Position numbers and translations under genes: made by a program. This document shows, one piece after another, positions 19,848-28,917 of a DNA stretch of 64,000 nt. The DNA lies in assembly GCA_963746775.1 (NCBI GenBank), contig CAVVCK010000001.1, positions 339,050-403,049 of the forward strand, read 5' to 3'. The notes under the pieces are model-generated. The model was not told the origin of the DNA. It saw only the letters and a program-made list of their open reading frames with translations, and did not search any database. Origin of the DNA: an uncultured bacterium (lineage in GTDB: Bacteria > Patescibacteriota > JABMPQ01 > CAVVCK01). Position 1 is the first letter of the stretch, and each line of letters begins with the position of its first letter.

Positions 19848-19881
19848 AAAAAAGAATTTGGTAAAATCCAGGTTCTTTTTT
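19848..19881. terminator. Bidirectional intrinsic terminator
   Basis: AAAAAAGAATTTGG-TAAAAT-CCAGGTTCTTTTTT between convergent units. Confidence 0.7.
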
Positions 19882-20176
19882 ATTTGAAATTATACAGATA
19901 TTTATTTAAATCAATTTTGCCTGACTTAATTTCTACTCCCTCTTCTTTTAATTTCTCTTTTTTCTTCTTATGCCCCCACCTAAATCCACCTACAAACCCA
20001 TCAGATCTAACTACTCTGTGACAAGGAACCTGCTTACTTCTATTTTTATTCAAAGCATTGCCTACTGCTCGATATGCTTTTGGCATACCTAAAGCTCGAG
20101 CTATTTCTTTATAAGCAGAAACTTTTCCTCTAGGTATTTTTTGCGTAATTTCAAATACTTTTTCTTTAAAATTCAT
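19880..20176 (-). CDS. O6-methylguanine-DNA methyltransferase (single domain)
   Basis: IPRGKV..Y..IA, RAVGNAL, VPCHRVV. Confidence 0.92.
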   Translation of the reverse strand: MNFKEKVFEITQKIPRGKVSAYKEIARALGMPKAYRAVGNALNKNRSKQVPCHRVVRSDGFVGGFRWGHKKKKEKLKEEGVEIKSGKIDLNKYLYNFK

Positions 20177-20190
20177 ATGTTAATATAAAA

Positions 20191-20213
20191 GGCAGGATAA
20201 GATCCTGCCCTAC
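20191..20213 (-). repeat. GTAG-REP family C (GTAGGGCAGGATC..ATCCTGCC)
   Basis: Second copy at 59662-59684; related GTAGGG...CTAC/TTAC palindromes at 15961, 27093 and 30004. Confidence 0.8.
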
Positions 20214-20239
20214 ACTGTTTTTTATAGCAAAAACATATT

Positions 20240-20617
20240 TTATTCACTTTTCCACAATTCATGAATATTACAATATTCTCGAGCGCTAATATTATCAGCT
20301 TTTACACAAAATTCTGCTTCAGGACTATCACCGGGCTTTAGATATTTACGATAAGTTACTCCATCAGCCTCAATAGCAATCCATTCAATATAATGTTCCT
20401 CCTCCATAGGATGAAGAACTGAGCCAACCTTTACTTTCACGCCATTTTCTGTCTTCTCGATTACCGGCACATGTTTTTCATTGCCTTCGTCTTCACTCTT
20501 CTCTTTTTGCAACTTCATAGGCTCTCCACAACAAACTAATTCTCCTGCACCTCCATGTAATACCTCTACGATATTGCCACAAACTTCACATTTATAAACT
20601 TGTTTTTGTTCTGCCAT
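20240..20617 (-). CDS. dfx: Desulfoferrodoxin (superoxide reductase)
   Basis: CEVCGN..CCG, EKHVP, HPM..EHYI, YCNIH. Confidence 0.95.
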   Translation of the reverse strand: MAEQKQVYKCEVCGNIVEVLHGGAGELVCCGEPMKLQKEKSEDEGNEKHVPVIEKTENGVKVKVGSVLHPMEEEHYIEWIAIEADGVTYRKYLKPGDSPEAEFCVKADNISAREYCNIHELWKSE

Positions 20618-20742
20618 TTTTTTTTATTTTATTCCTACGAAACCCGTAGGATTTATTAATATATTATTATATCAAAAAATCGATTAACATAAAATATGCT
20701 TCGTACTTCCCTTCGTTCAAGGGAGAGAGGTACGAACTCATA

Positions 20743-20871
20743 TTATTTGTCACACTGGCATTCACTTTTTACTTTACCACATTTTTCACATTTTTCTTCC
20801 ATGTTTTCTCCACAACACTCCTTCATCTCATCTGATTCGGTGTGACAATGTTTACATTTATATTTGTTCAT
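20743..20871 (-). CDS. 42-aa Cys-rich microprotein
   Basis: MNKYKCKHCHTESDEMKECCGENMEEKCEKCGKVKSECQCDK; strong RBS AAAGGAGGTG. Confidence 0.75.
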   Translation of the reverse strand: MNKYKCKHCHTESDEMKECCGENMEEKCEKCGKVKSECQCDK

Positions 20872-20967
20872 TTTAATCACCTCCTTTGTCTGCCGAAACC
20901 TTAGTGTGAGTGGACATTGCCCACTTTAACTTCAGCCAGGGCTAATTTTTTATATCCCTTTATATAC

Positions 20968-21216
20968 TTAGTTAATTCCTAAAATTTCTGATATCTTTTC
21001 TTTATCAAAACCAATTATAATTTCTTCCTGGCCATCTTTTTCAATCATTATTACCGGCACTGACATTTGTTCTGTTTTTTTCACCATTTCTTCAGCTGCC
21101 TCTCTATTTTTCGCTACATTAATATCAGTATATTCTATCTTATTTTCATCAAAAAACTCTTTAACCATTATACAATAAGGACAAGTTGGAGTCGAATAAA
21201 TTTTTACTTTGAGCAT
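20968..21216 (-). CDS. Glutaredoxin (NrdH/YruB-like)
   Basis: YSTPTCPYC, SVPVI, IIGFD. Confidence 0.93.
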   Translation of the reverse strand: MLKVKIYSTPTCPYCIMVKEFFDENKIEYTDINVAKNREAAEEMVKKTEQMSVPVIMIEKDGQEEIIIGFDKEKISEILGIN

Positions 21217-21242
21217 ATTATTTTTTAATTAATTTATAAATT

Positions 21243-21422
21243 CTATTTCTCCTTGAGTCTGCGACACGAAGGGCAATATTTATGAACATTACTTCTTATT
21301 TTAGCATCTCTTTCTTCCTCGTAATCAAAATCATTTACCCATGTTTCAAATTGTACTTTACACATATCACATTCTCTTTTTATTTTTTCCCCTACGGGAT
21401 TTGTAAAATTATCTTTTTTCAT
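21243..21422 (-). CDS. 59-aa CxxC...CxxC microprotein
   Basis: Manual translation gives CDMC...YCPSC; fills the gap between peroxiredoxin and glutaredoxin. Confidence 0.65.
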   Translation of the reverse strand: MKKDNFTNPVGEKIKRECDMCKVQFETWVNDFDYEEERDAKIRSNVHKYCPSCRRLKEK

Positions 21423-21457
21423 ATTTTTATATTTTTAATTTTTTATATTTTTAAATC

Positions 21458-22051
21458 TTAAATTTTTCCTACTAAATTCAAACCTGGTTTTAGAGTCTTG
21501 CCTCCTGGTATCCAATTAACCGGGCAAGCATAACCTTTGTGCTCTGCTGTAAATTTAGCTGCCTGTAATTTTCTCAATATTTCTTCAATATTGCGTCCAA
21601 TATCATTATCATGTATTTCATAAGATTTGATTACACCATGAGGATCAACTATTATAGTGGTACGCAATGACACGCCTTCTTCTTTCAAATAAGTACCCAA
21701 GGCTCTACACATCTTGCCAGCCGGATCTGCCAGCATAGGATATTTAATTTTCTTAATAGCTTCTGAATTATCATGCCAAGCCTTATGGACAAAAACCGTA
21801 TCTGTACTAATACTCACAATTTCCGCTCCCTCGCTTTTAAATTTATTATAATTTTCAGCTGCTGCTTCTAATTCTGTTGGACAAACAAAGGTAAAATCTG
21901 CGGGATAAAATAGCATTATAAGCCACTTGCTTCTATAGTCTGATGGCTTAATCTTCCTAGTCTTACCTTTATAAAATGCTTCTAGCTCTATATCAGGCAC
22001 CATCTGCCCTATAATTGGAATATAATTTTCTTCAAAATATACTTCTTTCAT
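21458..22051 (-). CDS. ahpC: 2-Cys peroxiredoxin
   Basis: FYPADFTFVCPTE, IGRN, CPVNW. Confidence 0.93.
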   Translation of the reverse strand: MKEVYFEENYIPIIGQMVPDIELEAFYKGKTRKIKPSDYRSKWLIMLFYPADFTFVCPTELEAAAENYNKFKSEGAEIVSISTDTVFVHKAWHDNSEAIKKIKYPMLADPAGKMCRALGTYLKEEGVSLRTTIIVDPHGVIKSYEIHDNDIGRNIEEILRKLQAAKFTAEHKGYACPVNWIPGGKTLKPGLNLVGKI

Positions 22052-22085
22052 AAATTTTTTGTTAACCCCGTAGGGGTGTTTTTAA

Positions 22086-22457
22086 TTAATTATTTTTATT
22101 TTGGCATTTTTTACAAATACCATATAAATAAATTTGATAATTTTTAACTTTACCTACTTTTACACATTTACAATCCAACTTACAGAATTTTCCAAAAAGA
22201 TCATAAATTTTATTACATTTCTCACAAACAAAATGTCCATGAGGTGAAATATCAGCATCAAAATGTGAGATCTCAGTATTTATTTCACAAATCTCACCCT
22301 TTTCTTTAAAATTTTTTAATATTCTATAAACCGTCCCCTGACTGATCTGAGGTAATTTCTTTTTTACATTTTTATAAACCTCCTCAGCCGAAGGATGAGA
22401 TTCAACGCTCTTTAAATAATCAATGATCACTTTCTTTTGATTGGTTAATCTTTCCAT
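22086..22457 (-). CDS. Fur/PerR-family regulator
   Basis: HPSAEEVY, TVYR, HGHFVCEKC, GICKKC. Confidence 0.92.
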   Translation of the reverse strand: MERLTNQKKVIIDYLKSVESHPSAEEVYKNVKKKLPQISQGTVYRILKNFKEKGEICEINTEISHFDADISPHGHFVCEKCNKIYDLFGKFCKLDCKCVKVGKVKNYQIYLYGICKKCQNKNN

Positions 22458-22464
22458 ATTTCTT

Positions 22465-22515
22465 ATTAGTAATTATTACTAATTAAATATTATTACTATT
22501 AATATTTTATGTCAA
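22465..22515 (-). promoter_or_regulatory. Promoter with Fur/Per-box-like operator
   Basis: Minus-strand TTGACA-17-TAATAT followed by the 9-1-9 palindrome ATTAGTAAT-N-ATTACTAAT at 22465-22483. Confidence 0.6.
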
Positions 22516-22567
22516 GAAAATTTGTGGATAACTAAAAAATGGGTTATAAACCCATCTCTACGATATC

Positions 22568-22654
22568 GTACATGCAGGTTTGAAACCTGTATTCCCAAAT
22601 ATACGGGTTTTAAACCTGTATTCCTGTACATGCAGGTTTTAAACCTGCATCTAC
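22568..22654. repeat. Three family A REP units
   Basis: Three CAGGTTT(G/T)AAACCTG-type palindromes. Confidence 0.85.
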
Positions 22655-23565
22655 CTCTTTCCCGCCAAATACCGCGCCACCTTCAACAAGGCCATACACC
22701 CCTGCCCCGCTGATATTACATATTGATATTCATGGCCTGAAGCAACATCACCAGCAGCATATATGCCTGGCACATTAGTTTGCATTTGACAATCAACTTG
22801 AATATGCCCATCTTCATCTAATTCTACTATATCTTTAAAAGACTCCGTATTGGGCCTACGGCCAATTTCTATAATTACTCCTCTAACATTTATCTCTTTT
22901 ACCACTCCTTCTTGTTCAAATTTTAAACCAGATACTATTTTTTCACCTAAAATTTCTTTGGTATCAACATTATATAATATTTCCACTTTAGGATCATTAA
23001 TTGTCCGTTCCATTAAATATTCATGGCCCATTAATTTATCATCACGTACTATCAAATAAATTTTGGAAGCAATATTTTTCATAAAATCAACTGCTTCCAT
23101 AGCTGAATTACCTCCACCAATCACAGCCACCGGCATATCAGGAAATAAGGGGCCATCGCAGATAGCACAATAAGTTACCCCCCGACGAGCAAATTTATCT
23201 TCTCCTGGCACATTTAATTTACGTGATTTAGATCCAGTCGTTATAATTATTGATTTTGTTCTATATTTACTTTTATCAGTAATAACTTCAAAATCTATCC
23301 CTTCTTTTCTGACACTTTTTACATATTCACTAACAATTTCTACTTGATTAATTTCCATTTGCTTCTTCATAATAGATCTCAATTCAATACCAGTCGTCTG
23401 GATAATGCCAGGATAATTTAATATTTCTCCACTAACTAGAAATTGACCACCAAAATCTGGTGCAATGATTTTATAATTCATTCTCTTGCGAGAAGCATAA
23501 ATAGCAGCCGTTAAGCCCGACATACCAGCACCAATAATAATTGTCTCTAATTTATTTTCTTTCAT
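22651..23565 (-). CDS. trxB: Thioredoxin reductase-like flavoprotein
   Basis: GAGMSG, CAICDG, GGGNSA, GIYAAGD. Confidence 0.88.
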   Translation of the reverse strand: MKENKLETIIIGAGMSGLTAAIYASRKRMNYKIIAPDFGGQFLVSGEILNYPGIIQTTGIELRSIMKKQMEINQVEIVSEYVKSVRKEGIDFEVITDKSKYRTKSIIITTGSKSRKLNVPGEDKFARRGVTYCAICDGPLFPDMPVAVIGGGNSAMEAVDFMKNIASKIYLIVRDDKLMGHEYLMERTINDPKVEILYNVDTKEILGEKIVSGLKFEQEGVVKEINVRGVIIEIGRRPNTESFKDIVELDEDGHIQVDCQMQTNVPGIYAAGDVASGHEYQYVISAGQGCMALLKVARYLAGKR

Positions 23566-23653
23566 AAAGCCTTCTTAATTATTTTTTTAAAATATTTAGA
23601 TGAAATAAATTTCAACTTATTTCAATACCAAACCACTTCAACTTTTTCTAAAT

Positions 23654-24238
23654 TTAATAATTCTCACTCTTTAATTGATAATAGCTTCTGGGATGATCAC
23701 AAGAAGGACAAGTCTGAGGTGGTTCCTCACCAAAGTGAACATAACCACACTCCATACAAACCCACCATACTTTCTTTTCTTTTTTAAAAATAGTACCTGC
23801 TTCTATTTGCTCTAATAATTTTTTATATCTTCCTTCGTGGTGCCCTTCAGCCTTAGCAATAGATCTTAGCCGATCAGCTATTCTATTTAATCCATCTTCC
23901 TCTGCCTGCTTAGCAAAATCAGGGTACATTGTATTATATTCATAATTTTCTCCCTCGATAGCTGCTTTTAAATTATCAATAGTTTTGCCATATGTTAATG
24001 GTGCAGTTGCTTCTATTTTAATTTCTTTGAGGTCTTCCCCTAATTTTTTTTTCACTTCCTGAATATGCTCAAACAATCTTTTAGCATGTTCTTTTTCATT
24101 ATCGGCTGTGATTTGAAAAATTTCTCTAATTTGTTCATAGCCTTCTTTACTAGCTAATTTGGCATAAAAAGTATATCTATTACGAGCCTGACTCTCTCCT
24201 ATAAAAGCTTTGGTCAAATTTTCTAATGTTTCTTTCAT
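23654..24238 (-). CDS. rbr: Rubrerythrin
   Basis: GESQARNRY, EKEHA, EGHHE, CMECG...CPSC. Confidence 0.95.
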   Translation of the reverse strand: MKETLENLTKAFIGESQARNRYTFYAKLASKEGYEQIREIFQITADNEKEHAKRLFEHIQEVKKKLGEDLKEIKIEATAPLTYGKTIDNLKAAIEGENYEYNTMYPDFAKQAEEDGLNRIADRLRSIAKAEGHHEGRYKKLLEQIEAGTIFKKEKKVWWVCMECGYVHFGEEPPQTCPSCDHPRSYYQLKSENY

Positions 24239-24260
24239 TTAATTGCTATTTAAAAAATAT

Positions 24261-25556
24261 TTATTCCCAAATATAGTTTGAAAATCCCCAATTTATCAAA
24301 TCCTCCATGGTCCTCTGTAAATCGCTATAACTATTATCTCCCATTATAACTCCAACGATTTCATGTCCTTCGCTATTTTTTGCCTTAATCATTAAATTAT
24401 AATTTATTCCACCCCAGGAATAAGGTAAATAGCCAGTTTTTCCACCTGTGATATAGAGACTAGAATTTAACAATTTATTAGTATTATTACAGTCCAAATA
24501 TCTACCTGAGTTAGTTGTATAAAATCCGTAGCTTTTAGTTGTGCTAGCTTGCAACATTTCCATTTTTCTATAGGCATAGCTAGATAATTCAGCATAATCT
24601 AGAGCTGAAGATTGATCACGGGAATCAAGTCCAGTCATTTCTACGAAACTAGTATTACTAAGACCCAACACGCTAGCTTTTTCATTCATTTTATTTACGA
24701 AATCTGTTGTTGACATTCCAGTTGACCGAGCCAATGCTTTAGCCGCATTATTTTTTGATCCTACTAATGTGGTATAAAATAAATCACCAGCCCTCACTAC
24801 CTCTCCAGCATAAAAACCTATGCGCGCTCCCTCAGCATCATCGTAAGGAGAAATCATTATTTCTTTATCAAAGCCTGGATTATTTTCCAAAAATATAGTA
24901 GCCGTCATTACTTTGGTCATACTAGCTAGTGGTAATTTTTGGCTACCATTCTTTTCCCATAATACCATGCCACTTTTACTATCTATTAGAGCAGCTGACA
25001 AAGCATTAACATTTATACCTCGGCTCTCACCAATTTTCTCCGGACCATTAGCATTATTTAGGTCTTCAAAAACAGCTACTTTAGAATAAGGAAAATGGAT
25101 ATAGGCTCTGGCTTCTTTATTATTATAATCAACCTGGGTAGGTATAGCTTGCCACTCATTCGTTACTCGATTATAAAAATTTATTTCTTTTTTATAAATA
25201 CTATCAGAATCATATTTTATCGCTAAAACAATCGGATCATCCAGCACATAAGGTTTATCCATGGAAATATTATATAAATAAAGATCACTAATTAATTTTT
25301 TTTCTTCGGGCATATTTTCTACTTCATTTTCATCTAATTTCTCTAGCTTTATGGAAGATTCCTCTTTAAAAACATTAGGAAATATACCTACTCGAAATTC
25401 CTGATCTAGCAAATCAACCGTATACCCTTTTACTATAGTTTTAGCATCTAAATGAATGCGGCGAGTTATGGTTTCAGCTGAAGATATTGAGGGAAATAAC
25501 AAAAATATACCCAAAATGACTAGACTTAAAATTTTTGATTTTCTTTTTATTTTCAT
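24261..25556 (-). CDS. D-alanyl-D-alanine carboxypeptidase (peptidase S11) with an extra N-terminal domain
   Basis: SMTK, SKN and KTG motifs; signal peptide. Confidence 0.88.
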   Translation of the reverse strand: MKIKRKSKILSLVILGIFLLFPSISSAETITRRIHLDAKTIVKGYTVDLLDQEFRVGIFPNVFKEESSIKLEKLDENEVENMPEEKKLISDLYLYNISMDKPYVLDDPIVLAIKYDSDSIYKKEINFYNRVTNEWQAIPTQVDYNNKEARAYIHFPYSKVAVFEDLNNANGPEKIGESRGINVNALSAALIDSKSGMVLWEKNGSQKLPLASMTKVMTATIFLENNPGFDKEIMISPYDDAEGARIGFYAGEVVRAGDLFYTTLVGSKNNAAKALARSTGMSTTDFVNKMNEKASVLGLSNTSFVEMTGLDSRDQSSALDYAELSSYAYRKMEMLQASTTKSYGFYTTNSGRYLDCNNTNKLLNSSLYITGGKTGYLPYSWGGINYNLMIKAKNSEGHEIVGVIMGDNSYSDLQRTMEDLINWGFSNYIWE

Positions 25557-25734
25557 ATTTTTAAAAAATTACTTTAAATACATAATAACACATTTTTACC
25601 AATATCCCCACCTTCTATTGTACTTTTAATATAAAGATGTATACTATATTTGAGGTAGGTTCATTCATTGAATCTCTTTTTTAGAAATCCAATAATGAGT
25701 GGTCGGCCTACAATTTAGTAATCAATATTCAAAA

Positions 25735-26019
25735 ATGGAAAACAAGAAATTATACGTTGGAAATTTATCATACGACACTACTGAAGAAAGTTTAAAAACT
25801 ACTTTTTCAGAAGCAGGTACAGTTGAGACAGCAAACATCATTGTTGATAAATACACCAATCGTTCTAAAGGTTTTGGATTCGTTGAGATGTCTACTCCAG
25901 AAGAAGCTCAAAAAGCTATCGAATTATTCGATGGTAAAGAGCTTGATGGAAGAAATCTTAAAGTAAACGAAGCTAAGCCAATGGAAAAAAGAGCTCCTAG
26001 AGATGATTTTAATCGTTAA
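25735..26019 (+). CDS. RRM RNA-binding protein
   Basis: KLYVGNL (RNP2), KGFGFVEM (RNP1); start placed at ATG 25735. Confidence 0.93.
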   Translation: MENKKLYVGNLSYDTTEESLKTTFSEAGTVETANIIVDKYTNRSKGFGFVEMSTPEEAQKAIELFDGKELDGRNLKVNEAKPMEKRAPRDDFNR

Positions 26020-26079
26020 ACCTTTGCTTTTTAAGCTACGGTTTACTAAGTAAGGTTAAGATTTAAATAGGTAAGACTC

Positions 26080-26106
26080 AAAAACCCCGCTAATTGCGGG
26101 GTTTTT
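26080..26106. terminator. Intrinsic terminator
   Basis: AAAAACCCCGC-TAATT-GCGGGGTTTTT. Confidence 0.8.
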
Positions 26107-26239
26107 ATTATATACTCAATTATTTAAGTAAAGAAAAAGATATCCTATAGCTACTGTCTTTATTTAATTCAAATTCGGATAAAAAATAAACGTTTTTAAA
26201 ATATTAAAATTTAGAATTAAAAAAACGAAGGGGTATGAA

Positions 26240-27025
26240 TTATATATTTTTTAATGCTTTTAAAATTTTACTATGTATTAACCCATTAGAGCCCAAAATA
26301 TTTTCATCATTAATATTCCATTCTTGATTATCATAATTAGTTACCCTACCACCAGCTTCTCTAACAATTAAAGCTCCCGAGGCTACATCCCAAGGATTAG
26401 TTCCTTTGATCATAATAGAATCTATTCTTCCACAAGCAACCCAAGTGAATTCAACTACCGCACTACCCAAATGCCTTGTTTCAAAGCTATTCAATTTAAA
26501 GTGATTATAAATTTTAAGCAATTCCTTAACATGTGCTTGTTTATAACCATAACAAAAAGCTAAAAATGCTTTTTTTAAATCTTTCGTGTTTGATACTGCT
26601 ATTCTCTTATTATTTAAATAAGCACCCTTACCCTTCTCAGCCCAAAATAGTTCTTTAGAAAAAGGAATGTATATAACCCCTAAAACAATCTTATTTTTAC
26701 AAAGTAAAGCAATAGATACTCCAAATAAGGGATTTTTAGAAGAAAAATTTGTCGTCCCATCAAGGGGATCTATAACCCATAAGTAATCTGAATTTTTATT
26801 TTTTCCTAAACCTGCTTCTTCTGATAAAAATTGATGTGTAGGAAATTTTTTCTTGATTGCTCCTAAAATCATTTTTTCCGACTCATAATCATATTTGGTT
26901 ACAATTTCGTGCTTGCTTTTATGTTCATAATTTATTTTCAAATTATTCATAAAAACATCCCACAAATAATCACCTGATTCCTTAGCTAATTTTTTTGCTA
27001 ATAATAACTCCTTTGAAAAATCCAT
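26240..27025 (-). CDS. Inositol monophosphatase family protein
   Basis: SEE, WVIDPLDGTTNF, WDVASG. Confidence 0.93.
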   Translation of the reverse strand: MDFSKELLLAKKLAKESGDYLWDVFMNNLKINYEHKSKHEIVTKYDYESEKMILGAIKKKFPTHQFLSEEAGLGKNKNSDYLWVIDPLDGTTNFSSKNPLFGVSIALLCKNKIVLGVIYIPFSKELFWAEKGKGAYLNNKRIAVSNTKDLKKAFLAFCYGYKQAHVKELLKIYNHFKLNSFETRHLGSAVVEFTWVACGRIDSIMIKGTNPWDVASGALIVREAGGRVTNYDNQEWNINDENILGSNGLIHSKILKALKNI

Positions 27026-27281
27026 TTTTTGTACTTTATTTTTTAATATTTTTATTATGACCTTTTTATTTTAAATGGCAAACGAAAAATTTGTAGGGGC
27101 AGAACAGCCCCTACGTTAATAGGACTAATTTTCTTTGACTTTTGGACTAATAAAAACTATTATATTGCTACTAGTCTAAGCATATTTTGGAATAGCGAAA
27201 TGAAACGAAGTGGAATTTCGCGCCAAACCACGAACGCGAAATTTCGCTCCGCTACATTTCGCTAATCCTTAATAAAAATCC

Positions 27282-28508
27282 ATGAAAAATATACTTAAAA
27301 AATTACAAGAAGGACACATTAAGTTTCACGAAATAGAAAAATATGCCTCAGCCAAAGAAGCATCTGAAATTAGATTACTTTTTATTGAAAAATTAGCTAA
27401 AAATAACTATTCCGAATTAAAAAACTATAATTTAGATCCTAAATTATTACAAAATAAAAATATAGAAAATTTTATAGGCTCAACTGAATTACCCCTAGGA
27501 ATTGCCGGACCGATTAAAGTCAAAGGAGAAAATTCCAATGGAGAATATTTTCTACCACTCGCAACAACCGAAGGCGCACTCGTTGCAAGTGTTAGTAGAG
27601 GCTGTAAAGTTGTAAATTTATCAGGAGGAACAAAAACTGATTTAGAATATATTGGCACCACCAGAGCACCGCTTTTTAGTGTTAAAGATTTAAAAACTGC
27701 CAGAGAATTTATAAATTGGGTTAATAAAAATATTGCTAAACTTAAAGAAGTCGTGGAAAAAGTTGATCCTTTTGTAAAATTAATCAAGATTGAACCATTT
27801 TCTTCCGGAAAAAATATTTGGCTTAGAATATATTTTAATACTTATGACGCTATGGGTATGAATATGGCTACCCAGGCTTCTCAGAAAATAGGAGAATATG
27901 CTGAAAAATATTTTAAATCCGTAAAATTAATTGCTACTTCAGGTAATTTGTGTGTTGATAAAAAAGCAAGTTCCATAAATGCTATCCTTAGCCGCGGCCG
28001 CAAGGTCCAAGCCGAATGTTTTATTAAAAATGAAGTTATAAAAAAATATTTACACACTACCCCAGAAAAATTAGTAGAAGTAAATCACAAAAAAACTTGG
28101 CAAGGAGCAGTTCTCTCTGGCAGCATCGCCGCCAATGCTCATATCGCTAATATTATTGCAGCTATCTTTATTGCCACTGGACAAGATGCCGCTCAATTAG
28201 TTGAATCCAGTTCAGGTAATACTACTTTTGAATTAGACAAAGATGGAGTTTATACTTGCGTCACCCTGCCTTCTTTAATGATCGGCACCGTTGGCGGTGG
28301 CACAGGTTTACCTAAACAAAGTGAAGCTATTAATTTAATGTTAAAGAATATAGGATCGTCCAAAGAAAAATCTAAATTAAATCGTACTAATAAATTAGCA
28401 GAAATTATAGCTAGTGCTTGTCTTGCAGGCGAGATAAGTTTGCATGGAGCCTTGGCTTCTGGACATTTGGCTTCTTCTCATATGAAGTTGGGGAAGGGAT
28501 TTAAATAA
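27282..28508 (+). CDS. hmgA: HMG-CoA reductase, class I (NADPH; archaeal/eukaryotic type)
   Basis: ENFIG, PLATTEGALVAS, DAMGMNM, GNLCVDKK, GTVGGGT. Confidence 0.93.
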   Translation: MKNILKKLQEGHIKFHEIEKYASAKEASEIRLLFIEKLAKNNYSELKNYNLDPKLLQNKNIENFIGSTELPLGIAGPIKVKGENSNGEYFLPLATTEGALVASVSRGCKVVNLSGGTKTDLEYIGTTRAPLFSVKDLKTAREFINWVNKNIAKLKEVVEKVDPFVKLIKIEPFSSGKNIWLRIYFNTYDAMGMNMATQASQKIGEYAEKYFKSVKLIATSGNLCVDKKASSINAILSRGRKVQAECFIKNEVIKKYLHTTPEKLVEVNHKKTWQGAVLSGSIAANAHIANIIAAIFIATGQDAAQLVESSSGNTTFELDKDGVYTCVTLPSLMIGTVGGGTGLPKQSEAINLMLKNIGSSKEKSKLNRTNKLAEIIASACLAGEISLHGALASGHLASSHMKLGKGFK

Positions 28509-28916
28509 ATGAACAATATTATTGAGATAATTATATCCACTATAATAAGTACTGGAATTATTGCCGGAGTAATTAACTATTGGTTCGACAAAAAACTACG
28601 CACACACGAAATAAAACTTAAAAAATATATCGAATTAATAGAAGAGCTGGCTAAACTTATAGGAAGTGAAGCAAACTGGGATGATTTAAGGCCGCTACTT
28701 AATGAAGCTCTACTTTTTGCTTCCGATAATGTGGTCAAAGAAATATTGAAATTTAATATCCGGTTCAATGATAAAAGTAAAGATGCAAAAGAAGGTAAAT
28801 TTCAAATGACAGAGAAAGATATACAACCTTTAATTATTGCTATACGAGAAGAATTATATTTAAAATCAAAATCTATTAAAGAAAGTGGATTAACATTTTT
28901 TCGAAAAATAAATTGA
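28509..28916 (+). CDS. Hypothetical membrane-anchored protein within the mevalonate operon
   Basis: N-terminal TM; abuts both neighbouring genes. Confidence 0.7.
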   Translation: MNNIIEIIISTIISTGIIAGVINYWFDKKLRTHEIKLKKYIELIEELAKLIGSEANWDDLRPLLNEALLFASDNVVKEILKFNIRFNDKSKDAKEGKFQMTEKDIQPLIIAIREELYLKSKSIKESGLTFFRKIN

Positions 28917-28917
28917 A

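Noticed and set aside
22522-22713. Short ORFs over REP clusters (also 63289-63498)
   Set aside because: They are translations of repeat DNA overlapping real genes.
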